DNA of 64,000 nt from NCBI GenBank assembly GCA_965200155.1, contig CBDATR010000010.1, forward strand, positions 192,001-256,000. The letters run 5' to 3'. Under the pieces are notes generated by a model. That model was not told where the DNA came from and searched no databases. It saw nothing but the letters and a program-made list of their open reading frames with translations. A program made the translations under genes and the position numbers. Below, one piece after another: positions 62,352 to 64,000 of the stretch (position 1 is the stretch's first letter; each line of letters opens with the position of its first letter). This DNA comes from Nitrosopumilaceae archaeon (GTDB taxonomy: Archaea > Thermoproteota > Nitrososphaeria > Nitrososphaerales > Nitrosopumilaceae).

Positions 62352-62790
62352 CGGCGCTTGACAGAGGCAAACATTTCATAGTCAATATACAGCCACAGAT
62401 TACTGGACATTCCAAGCACCACAGGGCCCCCGGGCGCAGATCTAGTCAGAGCGCGGTAGCCATTATCCCATAAATTTATCCAAGTCTGCGACCTAACACT
62501 GTTCATGATACCGTAATTCACAACGTCGTAGGGACAACCGTGTTGCTGTAACAGATAGAACACGTTTTCATGCAGATGGTCATATGCAAGATAACATGCG
62601 TCATTGTAACGTGGCAGAATGCCCAGGGGCACCATTGGCTAATTTAGGTCAGGCATTGCCAGCAAGTGGGTTTTGGCATGACGCCGGATGCATGTATCGC
62701 GTATCTCATTTTGAGTATAGGCAAGGATTGGCGAACGCGCATTGTAACCCGATCTATACTTTAATATTATTTTTCACAGCAAAATGAATT

Positions 62791-62985
62791 GTGGTATCTA
62801 GATCCATAACAGCAGGAGTAGGAATACCCATGATTGTAGTAGGTGCCTTGATGGCCATACTTTGGGCCCCTAATGAGGGCAATATGCAATCTCTAGTGGA
62901 GTTCGTAGGTAGTTTGATAGGAGTGTTGGGGGTTGCATTCTTCATCGCGGGCCTCTTTTACGCAAAAGAGCCTACCCTTCGATGA
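62791..62985 (+). CDS. Small membrane protein
   Basis: Two TM segments, 64 aa. Confidence 0.65.
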   Translation: MVSRSITAGVGIPMIVVGALMAILWAPNEGNMQSLVEFVGSLIGVLGVAFFIAGLFYAKEPTLR

Positions 62986-63216
62986 CAGTAAGAGAGGACG
63001 TCTGATCAAATCACACCAATTAGTGCGATCTGCCGTTAAATTTAGACATGGATTAGCTGTAACTGTTTAGGTCATTCATCCTTAGAGGTGTGCAGTGTGT
63101 CCATTCCGATGGCAATCTTGAGTGCGCCACCGCTCTGCCATATCTCGGGATGAATCACTCAAGCCTAGCACATCACCACTCATACAAGTACCGTGTAACG
63201 ATAGAACAAAATTCGC

Positions 63217-63308
63217 GTATGAGTTCACCTGTGTCTAAATTTACGCATAACTGATCGCGACAGTTAATGTTATTTGTGCACAAGATTCCGGAAGACGTGA
63301 ACTCATAC
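63217..63308 (-). mobile_element. 92-bp MITE, copy 13
   Basis: TSD AAATTCGC. Confidence 0.95.
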
Positions 63309-63622
63309 AAATTCGCGTGTTGTGGACTCTGCCCAGTAGTCCGTGTAACTGTTATCTCTGCTTCAGATGACCTTAACGGTTATGAATAGAACACACTCAC
63401 TGCGCTCGAGGCATATCAACAACGGACAAATCTACGGTATAGATGAGTATATAATTAGCAAAAATAATCCAGCAATATATAGCAGATATTTACACGCACT
63501 AACATACGTCCGGCAGGCAAATTTAGCAGTAATTTTAAGTCTAGATTTTGTAATGCGAATAAGCGCGGTTTTAATTAAAATTAGTAATAAGATATAAAAG
63601 AGGGTCACAAAATAGCAGAACT

Positions 63623-64000
63623 ATGAGTGTGCAAGTAGCATCACAAGGAAAAATGCCCGTAGTTCTGCTCAAGGATGGGTCCACTGAGACAAAAGGGCGA
63701 GATGCACACAAAAACAATATTGCTGCATCTAAAATAATTGCGGAAATAGTACGCAGTAGCCTAGGTCCACGAGGTATGGATAAGATGCTAGTGGATTCAC
63801 TGGGCGATGTCACCATAACAAATGATGGTGCGACAATCCTAAAGGAGATAGACGTTCAACATCCTGCTGCAAAGATGTTGGTGGAAATATCAAAGACCAC
63901 TGATAATGAGGTAGGTGACGGGACCACATCAGCAGTAGTTCTTGCAGGAGCACTATTGGAAAATGCAGAGTCGCTTGTAAACCAAGAAGTACATCCCACA
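63623..64000 (+). CDS. Thermosome (group II chaperonin) subunit, 5' part
   Basis: [27 protein letters not shown]. Confidence 0.95.
   Translation, partial: MSVQVASQGKMPVVLLKDGSTETKGRDAHKNNIAASKIIAEIVRSSLGPRGMDKMLVDSLGDVTITNDGATILKEIDVQHPAAKMLVEISKTTDNEVGDGTTSAVVLAGALLENAESLVNQEVHPT

Noticed and set aside
62249-62635. 128-aa minus-strand ORF
   Set aside because: Overlaps the upstream gene by ~100 bp and has no recognisable motif; cannot support.
2583-63308. Dispersed 92-bp repeat as a CRISPR repeat or as small genes (YEFTSSGILCTNH..., MHKIPEDVNSY... ORFs)
   Set aside because: TIRs, TSDs and dispersal identify a MITE; the ORFs are read-through of the element.

Overview
A 64-kb segment of an ammonia-oxidising archaeal (Nitrosopumilaceae-like) chromosome. 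The IS/MITE load, TPR proteins and stand-alone LivJ-type binding proteins suggest a host-associated lineage (inference). The backbone is typical thaumarchaeal core: riboflavin operon, TFE, TFB, HflX, RFC-L, PhoU, UbiD, NAC, PyrC, RpiA, L37e/Lsm, PurU, BluB, CobJ, thermosome start, and 6 tRNAs (Arg-CCT has a D-arm intron). It is overlaid with mobile DNA: 13 copies of a 92/101-bp IS66-type MITE (8-bp TSDs), its MITE-interrupted IS66 partner, a two-MITE composite transposon sharing one outer TSD, IS630, IS481 and IS5/ISL2 remnants, and a TnpB-like ORF behind an IS630-type inverted repeat. The most striking signal: at three unrelated loci a 36-38 bp piece of ordinary coding sequence is duplicated around a unique 32-37 bp filler. 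One locus forms a 3-repeat/2-spacer array (37-bp repeats, 35-bp spacers) inside the IS66 transposase gene. This matches the geometry expected of ectopic CRISPR spacer integration, although no cas genes are in the window. All calls are from reading the sequence; no searches were run.
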